Positions 14,111 through 27,510 of a stretch of 44,126 nt of DNA are shown here, piece after piece. A program made the translations under genes and the position numbers. The notes beneath the pieces were generated by a model, which saw only the letters and a list, made by a program, of their open reading frames with translations, did no database searches and had not been told where the DNA came from. Each line of letters opens with the position of its first letter. Positions within the stretch are counted from its first letter, which is position 1. The DNA lies in the NCBI GenBank assembly GCA_000934665.2, contig JYFJ02003295.1:1-44126 (forward strand). Direction: 5' to 3'. This DNA is from Catajapyx aquilonaris. Taxonomy: Eukaryota.

Positions 14111-16297
14111 TATGATGATCCAGTGCAATAAATGGCAAAATATTTAAATAGATTATGATTTAGGTGCAACGTTATAACACTTATGAACATGTCAAACTCC
14201 TTCAAAAGTAAGTTGCAATTTTCGATGTTTTTATACAGCCAGTTTTCAACAATGTTATAGGATGAACATGCGACTCAAACAGAATGAATCGGCTGCAAAA
14301 GTGAGTTCTATTACAGCTATTGAAGGCAGAATATCAAGCTGGATAAATATTACATAGCATAATGATCTTACCAATCAGGTTTGAGTAAACAACTATACCA
14401 AGTAGGGCTACAACTCTACAATGCTTACATATAAATCGGAGAATTTCTGTATACATTACATACGTATACTGTGAATATGCCACACTGATGAAGGTAGGCT
14501 ATTAAATGAATAATATGACAACACATCAAATATTTAAAACTACGATACCGGGAAGCATTTTTCGGCTATACACGAGCCAGTGGTTATACTGTTAGCACTG
14601 AAAGTTTGGTATAGGCGCACACATTTTTTCGCTCAAAAGTCTACGAAAAACTGCTAAGTGAAAACGCTGTAAGTTAGGTTCCGTTCCGTTCCGTTAGTCG
14701 TCTCCGTCCATCTTTTCTGCAGCAGGCTGCGGAATTCTTTCTTCGATATAGAAGGGATAATCCTCCTCCTCCTTCTCCCCATAATCCTTCAGGACAAGTG
14801 ATGGGGGAGCAGGGGGACGTCAAAAGACGGCAAAGTGCGGCCATTAGCTAAGGACAGCCCGCCGCCTGGAAAGCTGTCATTTGTTGTTGGTAGATGGCTA
14901 GAATTCTGACATGATCCTCGGAGCCTCGCTCGCTGCCCAATTTGTTCCCAGGGAACCATCGTTGGACAGCAGCACGGACATACTCGGACATGGTTCAGCC
15001 AACGTCGGCCTCCAAAAAGGAGAATCAGTGACGGATGACCTTCTTAATGTAGGAGACCATTTCAACGCCGTTCTCTTTCTGTTGGCACTCCGCGGGTACA
15101 TCTGTCGGAGCATCGTCGCATTGTACCTCCTCTAAGTGTCATGGTCTACTTAACATCGGCTGACGCACAATGCACATAAAACTAGATAGAGCTTTCTTGT
15201 ATCGCGGTTTTTGGGACACCACACTCCTTGTATCCCCACTGTACACATCCAAGAAATAAACATGTCACCATCCAGTTGCACCAACAAAAATGGAGCTAAA
15301 AAATCATAATCCGGACAAATCTCAGTATGGTTTTGTCACAATACAAGGGTCAGCGACCCTTTGCGGAATTGCAAGGGACAGGTCCTGGCAGCAGCGTTAC
15401 GAGATGTCGCAACAAAAGAGCTTGGACGTGCTTATCTGAATGCTGACGAGAAAGTATATATGTCGTTTTTTTTCTCTCTTCTTTTGGTTGTTGTAAAGGA
15501 AGGAGGGAGAGGGTGGATGTTGAAGGTATAGAACCCCCTTTCTTCCCACTCTTTTCCAGATAAGGCTTCAATTTTTGAGGAGCGCGTCTCTTTTTCGTCG
15601 CATCCAGTCCGTTCTTTCGTTTTCGTGTTTGTTACTGACAGAGCTTTGTTCCTGCTGCTGCACGACGTCTGGACGAAGAGTAATGGAATCGGGGCAGCTT
15701 CTTCTTCTTGGTCTTCTTCTCCTTCCTTAGGACTCCTTTGATCGACCAACTCAAAGCAGTGCTGAGGGAGGGGCAAGGCTGGTGGACGAATTTCTCCTCA
15801 AATGGAACGATCTATTGTGATGTGTAGAAAATGTGACGTTGATACTGGTATCCTATCAATAGGACGAACTAATGGAAAAAAATAGACTGTAGGATCAGAA
15901 TATTCAATTGCAATCTGGCCAATTGCGGTTATACCCAGTATGGATGTACTTGTGTGTTTCTTCCATCGTGGTGAACATGCCCCCCACCTCTCTTTTTAAT
16001 TAGAGGCAAAGAAAAGGCGAGGTAGAGCAGTGGAAATGGCGCATTTTGTGCTGGGAGCTGTCTCGAGCCGATTGCAATACTGGAATCGGTTTTGGGTCCA
16101 ACTTTGCCTGCCAACGATATATACTGTATGGAAAAGAAGGGAAAGGGGGGACTGGCTGGTGGGGGTGGGGGAGGGAAGTTTCCATTCGCTGTACGTTTGT
16201 GTTATCACCATTCGGACGTTTGGCTTTTGAATAACTGTCAGATGCAGTCCAAATTTAAACAGGTTCGGTTTGAACGGGGATATTGTGGTTTGGGGAA

Positions 16298-16318
16298 GAG
16301 AGAGAGAGAGAGAGAGAG
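16298..16318. repeat. (GA)n microsatellite
   Basis: About 10 GA units, directly visible. Confidence 0.9.
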
Positions 16319-19300
16319 GGTGGGTGGGTGCCTTTCACGCCTGTCTCGATGGGGGGAGGGTGTGCACCCTGGTTCGTCTTTGATTGCACCACCCCCACCA
16401 CCGCCTTCCCCCAGTCCTCTATTTTTCGCCTTCGACTCGGCCCAGCCTGCGAACAGATACGGCGTAATGGAATTCCAGCCGCGGTTATGAAAACTATTGT
16501 AAAGCATTTTTGGTACTGGCACCACGATTTTCTCCATCTGCAAGTGCGAAATGGGGCACGAGCTAGGAATTAGCACTCTTAGATTTTCTCAACCCGTAAT
16601 CAGCATGTGAAATTACGACATATGTCACATGTCAACCCTAAAAGTTGGGTTCGTAGTAATACCGCAGTTTTGATTCCGATGCCGCTACGCCACATTGTTG
16701 ACCATTCATCTGCAAAACCTGCGCGAATTTTCCGGGCAAATAGATCCAACTAGTGCGATTATGATTACACGCGTGGATTACAAGCATGACGTCGCACAAA
16801 GAGGTAGGAAGAGGGGGTCCTCGTCCATTCAGTTGGAGAGGACTTGATGCGGCCGTTTTGCAGTAGGGGAAATAAATTAATAATGCGGTCATGAAGGCCA
16901 GGACCTCAGGGGGATGTATATATACAACAGTACATAAGCTTACTGTTAAGGGGAGGAAGAAAAAGGCACGTGAGCCACATTGGAATAAGCAGGGCGGTTT
17001 TTGTTGTGCAAATTTAGAGAGTTGAGGATGTTGGCTGTAGTCTAAGCCTCACAGGTGAGGAAGAAGGATAGTATTGTGTGGTCTACAAACGGGTCTGTTG
17101 GCGTTCCCGGCCCTTTTCAAAAGGGAACGTTTGACGTTCAACACTTCTCGGAAGTATAGGATGTCAGTCAATCAGTGTCAGTATGGGGACCAAGAATACA
17201 CATATTTGCATGCAACGTGTTGTATTTTCTTTCCGTTTGTCCTCCGCTTAATACTTTCGACATGTGGTGTAACACTTTGAGTCAAGGATGCTTGTGTAAC
17301 TAATAAACAAGTGCTATGCCACGAGGCCTGCTAAATTGATGGATTAATCCCATGGTTTAACCCCCCTGATCAAACATAACCCAAGTAGTCCCCCTTGGCA
17401 TTTTAGCAGTAATTATGACAAAATGCTAATGCACCCCAGCGGATCTACTCCCCTTTTTCCTTACCCTAAAGCGCGCTTTTTAAATATTCAGGCTGATAAC
17501 CGTGACTTTCAAGCTCCAAGGAACGAAAACGCGTTTGGGACAAGAGAAAAACATGCCGACCAATTAACACGTCGAGTTGCTCAGCTAATTTAAACGTGAT
17601 TTATACAATCGTGAATGTTTTTTTTTTACTGTTTTATTTTTCGGGTGTGAGTAAAAAAGGTAGTTTACGGGGGTGTCAATTGTGAAGTGCGGCACATGTG
17701 TGTCGGAAGCTGGTATGTCGTGTTAATACGAGATGAATTAGCGCGAGATGGGTGGAGAGGATCATATTGTGGTCTCGCCTTCAGGGTAGAACACCGGAAA
17801 AACACGTGAGGCACCGTTTAATTAGGCTTGAAAAGGCGTGGGCCACGGCATCTTTGTCTGCTTTGCAATTTGGTCTGGGCTCCAAATGCAAATTCCCATG
17901 CTTTGTGATCCTCCGGCAGAGGGAATGTTGTCAGTTCCACCATCTCCATGCGCTAATTGGCCGTAAAAAATATATAGAAAAAAAATAGATGAGGCGGGGA
18001 ACGCCCTAAGCTTGGCGTGCACTTGGCATTAAAATTCCTCATCATAGGGTGGTTCAGACCAGGTTTCAATTCACTTCTAAAATACCAAATTGAGACTTTG
18101 GTTGTGTGCAATATGATGACGTATATAGGACTTCCTCCACATAATCGGCTTGCAGAGCAATAATAGCTAGAGGGTTCCAATCGTCTTTTCTCCTCCAGCG
18201 CGATTGAAGGCGCACTTAGCCGGATGAGTCTGACATTGTCTAGTTGAGATGACCCGATACAAAAGGGCTGTCCCCCAGGAGGACCCAGCTCTTTAGCAGA
18301 TAGAGCTGGGAATATATTGTGTGAAGAAACGTGACTAATCCCAGTGATGTCATTTTCAGAAAATAAAAATGGCGTAGAATGCCTGCATGGAAATGGCAAT
18401 TTATTGGAGGGGGTTATATACCTACACCGAAGGGATTGGCACGGACCTCTCTTAGGCCTGATCACTTGGGGACCCTGGGTTGTAAAACTGGCTGTGATCA
18501 TCTCCGCCCTCTTCATTAGGCCCACACTCGTGGCGATTGGGGCTGCAAAAGGGGCAAGAGATTCACAGGGACCGACAAACAAGTGATTAGGAACGTTTGA
18601 GAAATTGGACCCGCAGAACTGCCTCTCATTCTCACTCATTGCTATAGTATTTTACAACAACAAAAAAATATTGAGAATGAGATTGATTTGAAACCGATTT
18701 TGAAATAGTGACGAGTACAAAGCTGCTAAAATTGCTTTTGATAAATGGAGGGCCAGCTTGTAGTGGTTGATTCCGGATTTGACATGTGATTAAGATCCAT
18801 CCGGGCCCCCCTTCTGCTCCTCCCTACCGCCCCTCCTTCCCATTTGTTATTGGCAATTCCCCAGACAGATTGGTGGAGGGACAATAGTGTTGTGATTGAC
18901 CTGGCTCTGACCTAATCACTTTCCTGCCCAATTCGACCCACGGACGACGCTTGATTGAAGACCTTATGGATTTTTCCTCTTAGATTGTCCCTTCTTTTGT
19001 AGAAGTTTCTACACACCCATTCTTCAGCCATTGGGTATTCACTGATAAGCGAATACCCGAGTTATTCGCTAATAACTCTGGATTTTTGTTTAGACTACAG
19101 ATCCTGACACTCTGGCCACATGCTTATGAATTCCAACACACCAACATCCAGACTGATGGTGTTGGCTGGGGTGTTGGCAGAAGAGTGGTGCATACATGGA
19201 GACAAGCATGAAAGGTTATTCTTCCCTTGCACTGCTGACTGCCACCCCGTCTCTTTTTCCCCCCCTTCCATCCTCTCGACTCCAAATCCATACAGAGTTC

Positions 19301-22300
19301 CATATTGTGCGCTTCGTTATAGAACCCAACTGCCGGATAATGCTGGGAGAGGAGGTCGACTTTTCTGCCTCTGCACAACTTTTCAATCAAGTATGGAGTG
19401 GATAGAGTTAGAAGGGGGGAAAATCAAGTTCCGGAAAAGTTGCCTGGAGGAAAAAAAAAAGTTGTTTATATTCTTAAGGCAGCTTTGTTGGGTTGGGGGA
19501 GGGGAACGGGGAATGTGGGTGGGGAGGAGTGGGAGGGGGAGGACTTTTCTTATATAGCATTGCATTTTCAGAGTCAAAGTTTAATCTGACTTTAACCAGG
19601 TGTAATTATATACAGTTGCTTGATTTATGGGTGGATTCTCCCCCCCTCTCCCTAGCTAACCTCCACCCTCCCTACTCCTTCCCCTACCTTTTCCTTCTTC
19701 GTCTTTTCTTGGCTACGAGATGAGAAAAGTTGAGCCAGTTGATGAAGGAATAGAAGTTGACTCGTTTTTCAGGGGGAAGCGAATTTTTACTTTTTCCTTC
19801 TCGATTCCCCCCCACCCACTCACCCATTCCCCCCTCCTCCTCCCTTTTACCCCTTTCTCCTCCCCTCTATCCACTCCTTCCCCTTTCCTCGTTTCTCAAG
19901 CGAATGAATCCACTTCAGGCTTCTCAGGTAATTGGGAGTTTTCATTGCTGTACCAACCCCTGATTGGCGAGTTTTCCCACACACACACACTTACACTCTA
20001 ACGCACACACAGCAGCCAGTATGGCAGTTGGAGCAAAGTATTAATTACTTTTCAGGGTCTTCAGGTCGTTAAAAAGTTCTCTTGGGTCATTATCCGGGAC
20101 CGTCAATCTGGCTTGATGAAATGCACCGATTCAACTCGCTCGCAGAAAAGAACGAGACCAAGGAAAGAAGGATTATATAAGGGAAAGGAGAAGAAGGGTC
20201 TATAGTTAGGAAACGGGAAAGGAAAGCCGTCTTGAGGAAAAATTAAGCCCGGAGCGAATAATGAATACATCCGGCTATATACTTCTGGGTGCGTATATCC
20301 AGTTCCTTTTCTGTAGCGCAGCAGTGCCACTGATTAGCTGTGTAGCAACATTAGGCGACTAATTGGCCGAATGTATAGACCCGGGCTGACATGGGGTTAT
20401 AAAGTATCCTAGAGCAGGGAACAGTTGGGTCGAATCGAGGGGTCCCCCCCAAATAAATCCTCCCCCTGGAACATTGCATAAAAGGAGATTGCTGCCACAC
20501 GACTGTGCGGCTTACAACGCCCAACAAGAGCGATTTTCAGAAACACTGCCAGCGCAAATTGTCCTGCAGGTAATTAGAGTCCGGACCAGGGAGTGCCTTT
20601 CCTAGTCCTATGCAAATCAGCGCAGCGACCAGGATGAATTTTATGTCGCTCCCAACGGGACAACCAAAACCCTCCTGGCAAATGGAGGAAAAGGAGGAAC
20701 GGCAGCTTGCACTTGCGGCCGATTCCTGTCATATAGACCTGCTTGAATTATCGGCCCACTTGGGGCTATGGAGATGACAAGATGTATAGGGGGACATCCA
20801 TCTGAAGCATCTTGCCTTCCTTTGGAGACATCCACGATCCACTCCCTGCTAATGTCTCCTTATTGCTAGTTTTGCAGGATCAATGTATTGTGCTTATTGG
20901 CGGTTTTTCTCAAAGAATTTGTCTGCTGGAGGAAGGTGTGCAAAAGATGCTGGAAGCGACAGAGAGGAGGCTTTTCTGAGAATCACAAAGGCAGCTGCTC
21001 GTTGTCATGCAGAAGAGGTGGTGCTCTCGGTGATGGAGTTCTTTTGGGGTGGCACCGAGGGCTGTTCCTTGCCAGCGCAAGAACGAAAAGAAGAGAGGAC
21101 ATAAGAAGGAAGGACTCTTTTCTTCAGCTCCTTCCATCCAATTCCACAAAGCGCTAAAAACTTTACATTTAGCCAGATGAAAACCAAACGCGCAACTTAC
21201 TGGGAGTTCTTCCTATGCAAAGATGGCGCCCAACTGTCGCATTTTTTATGTGTGTGTGTGTGAAAATGATTTAGTCCGTATTTCATCTAAATTGGAAACG
21301 TGCTTCACACACGGATGGGGAGACCCATCACTGGTACTGGTGGTGCAGCAGCAACCTCACACAAACCCACAGCAGGCATTTGTAATTCGATTGGAGGCTG
21401 CCAAAGGGGTGAGGATGCGGAAGCAATGAGAGAGATTGAGAGGAAGAGATTGAAGGAACAATTTCCTCCTCCCCCAGCACCACCATCACCCCATCCGTCC
21501 CTCCACCTGCTGCTGGCTGCCACCACCGCTATACCGCCGCCGACTAGTCCCTTCAATCAGACTGATTCCCGCATCGGGATCCCCCGAGGACTCTCTCCCT
21601 CTCCTCTCCAAAAAGTCCTGTTTGTTGTTCGTCGCTTTTCAAAATCAGCACAGCCCCTCCCTACTACTACTGCTGCTGCTGCCTCCATCCCCAGCAGCAT
21701 ACCCCTCTCCACCCGCCTTTCGCCCGGATCCACAATGGCCGCTTTGCTTTCACCCGGATTAACCGGCTCCCATGAGGGTGTACCCCCCCTCTACATCCTC
21801 CTCCCTACCCCCATTGCCTCTTCCAATCTGTCCCACCCACCTCCGGCACATAACGACAGGCTCAATTAAATTGCGCATCAGAGTGAGGGGGGTTAACTTG
21901 AACGCAGTGCGTTGCTGCTGCCTCCGACGATGACGATGGGTACCGTACCGGTTCAAAAATTTGCATACCGAACTATAACTATTGCTTCAGTTTGCTTGGT
22001 TACAGGGGGCATTGCACTGTGATATGTTACAATTTTGATATTGCAAGCAAACAGTGCTCTTATTTATTGGGTTGAATATGTATGGCAGTAAGACATATGG
22101 GAAAATAATATTTTGGAGCGATACACCTGCGCATAGGTTACTGACATTTTATATGCGCATCAATATATTGTCTTGCTACATGTAAGGAGATTCTGTATGC
22201 TTGATAGTGGCTTAATTCAAGTAGAAAACATTGCATCGGTAAGTCAGTGACTACATAGTGCTATTGACCTGCGCAGATGTGGAATGAAAAAACTGTGGGG

Positions 22301-23094
22301 ATCCCATATGTTAGGATCATGTATGTGTGTGTCGTTGACTTGGATCTGCCACAATGAAGGCTTGAATTGTTAGCTAGTAACTTAAGATCCGATATCACAA
22401 ATGGATATTCTCAGTTTGTAATAACTTATACAAGTTACAACATAGGTAGGGTACTATAATTAGGTCATGAAAGAATAAGGAAATAATTTTTTATGATCGG
22501 AGTATAGCCTACAGTAGCTATACTTATATCGTAGAAGAACGTGGGTGTTTATATTATATTAAATTATATGGGTATATATTACATAATTATCATGCATGTA
22601 GATCGTCTAGTCAGGTATGAATCTTTGCGGACGTCCCTCGTATACTACTATACTTGATTGCAACTGTCACGCGAGCATCGTTGGGCACTTGTCCACTACA
22701 ATATTATTTTTTAATAGCATGAGCGTATTACGAAGGCAAAATGTGATGAATTAATTTAATAGAGACATATTGTAGAGATGCACCTACTGTGAATCAGCAA
22801 ATAAGAGCCAACAACTGGAGACGTCTTTTAAAATTATTCGGTGTAACTTACATAATATTATAGCGTAGAAGGCATTATAACTAGCACAGTAGCCTATTAT
22901 TATACGGCAGATAAAATTAATTGATGGTGTTAGCGGTTATCAAACTATACATATTCAGTATCCCATAAAAAAAGTATTTTGTAGCAATTGTTAAAGTTGT
23001 ACTACAATTTTAATGATATCTAATCACTTAAGAGTACATGTGTGTCGCTTATAGGTCACATACTGATGTATCTGGTCATAGGCTATTTCAGGGC

Positions 23095-23370
23095 TATTTT
23101 TATTTATTTTTTTATTTACCCCGTGATAGGGCGGAGCCCTTTTAGGGGGGAAAGGGAGGTTCCCGAGGGAGGGCGCTGTAATCATAGTAATTTCTGGCTT
23201 TCTGAAATACACCAGATATTTTCTCCTGGCCCTGGGCAGAGTAGGGAGTGCAATTCTGCCCCGGCATGTCGGGTGAAAAGCGGAAAAAGGAAGAGGTGAT
23301 GGGGGATTTGAACCCCGGCCTCCCGCTTGGCTGGCCAGTGGCGTAACCACCAAACCACCACCATGCCTCC
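23095..23370 (-). mobile_element. tRNA-derived SINE
   Basis: The minus strand reads GGAGGCATGGTGGTGGTTTGGTGGTTA (A-box-like) ... GGTTCAAATCC (B box, 23314-23304), followed by about 190 nt of non-tRNA body and an A-rich tail (23118-23095). No complete cloverleaf and no clear target-site duplication. Confidence 0.75.
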
Positions 23371-24052
23371 GTTTTTGAAAATACTGTAGAAACATGTGCA
23401 GCATGGGTAGAAGGGCCTATCAAGACAGAACATAATATGAAGACAATTTCGCCCTTTATGATGTCCTGTACAGGCACGTAGGCAGAAAAATTTTCGGAGG
23501 GGGCCCAATTTCATAAGCACAAGGTGAAAAAGCCACAAAGGGCGGAGAAAGCCCGCCGCATGCGCAAGTTTGTTGGGTTAATGGTCATACCTTGGGTCAC
23601 ACGAGCTTAGGTGAATGTGGGAGATTTGAATGGGCGTGTATTTGATGAAATTGGTAGCACTTTTTTCAAAAAAATCACGAATGTGTAATTTCTAATGCTA
23701 TAATTCAAACTGTCCTGCATATCGTCGCGGTCCGGACAAAATTGCCCTACAGTCCGTGTCTCGTCTCAATTCTCCGACCGCCAAATGTTCTCTACAGGCA
23801 ATGGGTATTGACGGAATGACGGACATGTATAAGCATCGTCACAGAATAGGGAATTAGGTATACCCGGTATGATTGTACCGCATAAACCACTAAAATCGTG
23901 TTTGACAATCGTCATGACGAAATAACAGTCGTCATCAACAATCCAACCAGAATCTGATGAAGAGTGATGCATAAAGGGGTTGCCAATATTATTTTGTGTC
24001 ACGTCTGGTTCAATTTGCAAGTTTTTGCAAATATTATTTATAGCACACTGTA

Positions 24053-24590
24053 GCACACCGAGACGTTCATATGTCAATAGGACCATGGACGTGGCTGAGG
24101 CTAGGGTTGTTTGTTTGGATAGGTGTAAATGGCGTAGGTTAATTAATCAGTAAATAGGTAAATATGTCTGAGGATAAGGCGGGATAAGGCTTCCTTCGCT
24201 CCGGCGAGTATACGTAGAGGGGACGTCTCTGACGGGGTCGATGAGGTGCAAGGGAGGTGCCATACACGTCGGCGTGGCCAGGGCGTCCGGAGTAGTGGCT
24301 GGTGGCGAGGGGGGAGGAGGGGGGCTTGTTTTTGACGAAGTACAGTATTGCATATAGTGTAATATTTAAATTTAATATTGAGTGTCTGTTTCTGAGGTGG
24401 GCAGGGGTGGGGGTGGGACGAGTTGTTTTTAGGTTTATTCTCATGTGTTTTATTAGTTCATATAATATGTTGGGTTAGCTTGCGTCTCCCTTCATCGCTG
24501 ACTACCCCTCATAGGAAAATGTCGTGATGATGATGATGATGATGATGATGTTGTTGTTGTTGTTGCTGTTGTTGCTGTTGTTGTTGTTGT
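24053..24590 (+). mobile_element. 5'-truncated RTE-like non-LTR retrotransposon (ORF C-terminus, 3' UTR, microsatellite tail)
   Basis: The 5' part translates as (S)TPRRSYVNRTMDVAEARVVCLDRCKWRRLINQ*, resembling the M.V.EA...C.DR..WR C-terminus of RTE-clade ORFs (recognised from memory). It ends in (GAT)n(GTT/GCT)n at about 24526-24590 and is flanked by TGTA at 24049-24052 and 24591-24594. It is absent from the opposite arm of the host fold-back. Confidence 0.75.
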
Positions 24591-24592
24591 TG
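24526..24592. repeat. Compound trinucleotide microsatellite (GAT)n(GTT/GCT)n
   Basis: Directly visible; it forms the tail of the RTE-like insert. Confidence 0.95.
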
Positions 24593-27334
24593 TAATGTAC
24601 AGGGCACATTATTTTGTTCAGATTAATTTTATTCTATTAAAATTTAAGTCACCTTGGGAATTTATTGACTACTTGATCGGCTCTATACTATCCTCATTGA
24701 CATATGCCTATATACGTTGCCGTCTGCGTGAATTTTAATAGACATCTTAAAAATAAAATCATCTAATGAAATATTTGTTCGCCTGTCTGCATCCAGCGGA
24801 GGATCGGTTGTGTGCTTGTGTCAACTCAAATGAATTTTTTTTATACATGACGTAATAATGTATATAATTGTATATAACTAAAATAATTTCTTAATTTGAG
24901 TTGACACAACTGACTCTCTGCTGGAATGAAGACAGGTGAACAAATATTTCAATTGGTTTGTTTTGTGTTAAATATTTCAGATGTCTATTAAAATTCACGC
25001 AGACGGCAACGCAGGCAAATGTCAATGAGTAGTATAGAGCCAACTCATGTAGTACATATTCAAGAGAAAGTCTTCTAAAATTAAAATTTTAATATAATAA
25101 AATTAATCCAAACAAAATAATGTGTCCTGTACATTACAGTGTACTATAAAATACTGTATAATGTATATTGAGGAACTATTCTAATTGCGGCAGATGCGAC
25201 TTGCAAATGAAACCAGACGTGACACACGAAATTGGCAACGCCTTTATTCACCACTCATCATCAGATTCTGGTTGGATTGTTGAGGACCACTATGTTATTT
25301 CACGATTTTCAAACTCGATTTTAGTGGATTTTGCGGTGCAATCTTCTGCACGATAGTCTACGCGATACGGTGCAAAATAATCTAGTCACAACTCATCGCG
25401 ACAGTCAGAGAAGAGCCAAAATGACTCAAATAAAGGTATACAAAAATACGTGCATAAAACATTCCTCAAGCACTGCTGAGGTAGTTTCATCTGTACCCGT
25501 GAATTCTTCCAGACCAGTAAAAAGCAAGATTGAAAGACCCGTCCTTCTTTCAACTGATGATCCAGATCATATATACTGCATATATAGCACATCAGAAAGC
25601 AATCGAGGAACTTTCTCCTGCTGTTCGACTCGATACAGTATATACCGCTCTGAAATGTTTCCCAGCGCAATCATTTCCAGTCTTCTTGGAAGTGGAAAAA
25701 AACTCGTGATGTAATCACCCCTAAGCTTTTTAATTAACATGAGCCAATACGAAACCGCACAAATGTAGCGAGGCGGGAGAAGGAAATCCAAAGTGACGTG
25801 ATTTTTCTCACCTGGCGAGGGGAGAGGTCGGGGGGAACAGGAGGGGTGTAGGTGTGTCTGAAAATCGCGAGGTTTCATTCAAAGCCGAGAAAAACTCGTT
25901 TTCATCCACAAAAGCCGAAGAAGGGAAACCATAGCAGCTGTTGGAGGCCCCCAAGTCATAAAGCAGCAAGTGATTTTACTTCCCTTCAAACCACCAACCA
26001 TATATAGCCAGGTCCCCATTACTTGTGTTACTCATTTTTGGCATTATTGGTGCTTCCGTAATTACCACCCGATATCAAATCATTTTCTGCGGCTTAGGGG
26101 ACTCGGATTAAAATCAGGGGGTTGGGGAGTATGTTTTCAAAATGGGGGAAGGTTTGGCTCCCTTTTGTCTGCCAGTTCCGACCCTAAGGGGACGCGTAAA
26201 TAACGAAGGACTTGAGGGGAATAAAAAGAATAATAAAAAAGCAAAGGAGAAACACTTGAACAACCTTGTTTGTGCAAGCTTGATGGCCGAAAGCCTGTTG
26301 TATTTTTCTGAATGTCGTAACTTTCCCCCAGCAACGGCTTCAGAAAAGATTCCTCCATGCATGAGTTTTAGTTGGGTTCCATCAGCCGAAGAAATACAAC
26401 CCTGCTGGCGTGTGTGTATATGGCCAAGGGGACACGTGCACAGAGTTCTCTGAATGACCATGAACACTTGGGTTTTCGAGGGTGACCATTATTCCGCCTA
26501 CTGTTGAGGTCCAAACTCGGCCCTTTCACGATCCTTTCGCTGAAAAGTTGAGGGCGAGAATGTGTGTAAAGCCTCGGCCTTTCCTTCAAGGTAGGGAGGG
26601 GCTCTTTTTTTGGCCCTTTTTTCAACCCCTCCTGGAAACCGATAGTCACATTATGGTTTGAGGTTTCACGCTGGCATAAAGACGAGTCTGCATTATATGG
26701 TATGGGTGCCTCGGAAACGCTTGGTTGGGGACAGGAGCCATAAGCCATGGTTCCGAGTCAACGAGATATTTTTTGATTGCCTATAAAAAAGACCCTGTCC
26801 TTTACACGAAGCAGGCATGTGGAATGCCAAAATACGGGGGCCACAACACTGGATGTAGCGTAAAGTGAGTGGGGGCCTCAAAAACAGTTTTGGGATGAAA
26901 GCCTTTTCCAACTCGGTATTTTTACAACACGCCTCTAACAGACGTTATGAATAGCGACAAAGACGGGGAAAAACTATTTACATATTTTAGCACTCAAATG
27001 TTGCAGAACGTCCTGAATTGTAACAAGGTTTACAACAAAGCCCGCATTTTTACGATTACTTTTAAAATCCTTGCTCTTTGACCATTAGACTCGCCTATTA
27101 TCATGCTATTAGTGGTGAACTTCTAGGAAGTTACGTGATTGAGCCAGAAAATAAAGTGGTGTAAATATTAATGATCTAACGGTGGAGTATTTAGGTCCTT
27201 TAAATATGGGTGTGTCCTTTTCAGTTATCTCAACGTTTATAGGTTAACACGCATTGTCCGGTCCGTTGCATCTATTTAGACTACTTTACGTACACGTGAC
27301 TATTGTCCAATAGACAGATGCAACGCAATATCGT

Positions 27335-27510
27335 TTTTATTGGCTCAACGCTTCCATCGATGCAGATCCACGTGGCTGCTAGGCCCTACCAGTGAGTTGT
27401 AAGCATGGGCACCTAGGTGGCAGCCGAGTCTGGCATCGGCGGGGGCGTCGGTAGGACGTGGTCCGGCCCTCCAGATGGGATTGGCCCTCAACATGCGTCA
27501 CGTCACCACC
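27335..27510 (+). promoter_or_regulatory. Candidate proximal promoter of the Sox gene (TATA-less)
   Basis: Two reverse CCAAT boxes (attggc near 27339 and 27480), an E-box cacgtg near 27369 and a CRE-like tgcgtcacgtca near 27494, in GC-rich DNA 150-330 bp upstream of the ORF. Motif and position evidence only. Confidence 0.35.

Larger units (their letters stand above)
23871..25343. mobile_element. Large non-autonomous fold-back (long inverted repeat) DNA element; left arm interrupted by a LINE
   Basis: 23871-24052 is an inverted match to about 25135-25343 (e.g. tcaacaatccaaccagaatctgatga / tcatcagattctggttggattgttga). 24591-24830 is an inverted match to about 24895-25138 (e.g. cgttgccgtctgcgtgaattttaatagacatct / agatgtctattaaaattcacgcagacggcaacg). 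True termini and target duplication are unresolved. Confidence 0.85.

Noticed and set aside
13690..14205. Overlapping 171-aa and 133-aa ORFs on opposite strands
   Set aside because: By-products of the palindromic MITE; no transposase motifs.
17953..18639. Longest unexplained ORF (228 aa, minus strand)
   Set aside because: No recognisable domain or exon context; consistent with a chance ORF in GC-richer non-coding DNA.
21300..21869. 189-aa Pro/Ser/Ala-rich ORF that might be an upstream Sox exon
   Set aside because: Non-ATG start, driven by low-complexity C-rich DNA and ends in its own stop; an in-frame stop also directly precedes the Sox ORF.
23471..23510. Possible hAT-like terminus caggcacgtaggcagaaaaattttcggagggggc
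   Set aside because: No matching opposite end or 8-bp target duplication found.
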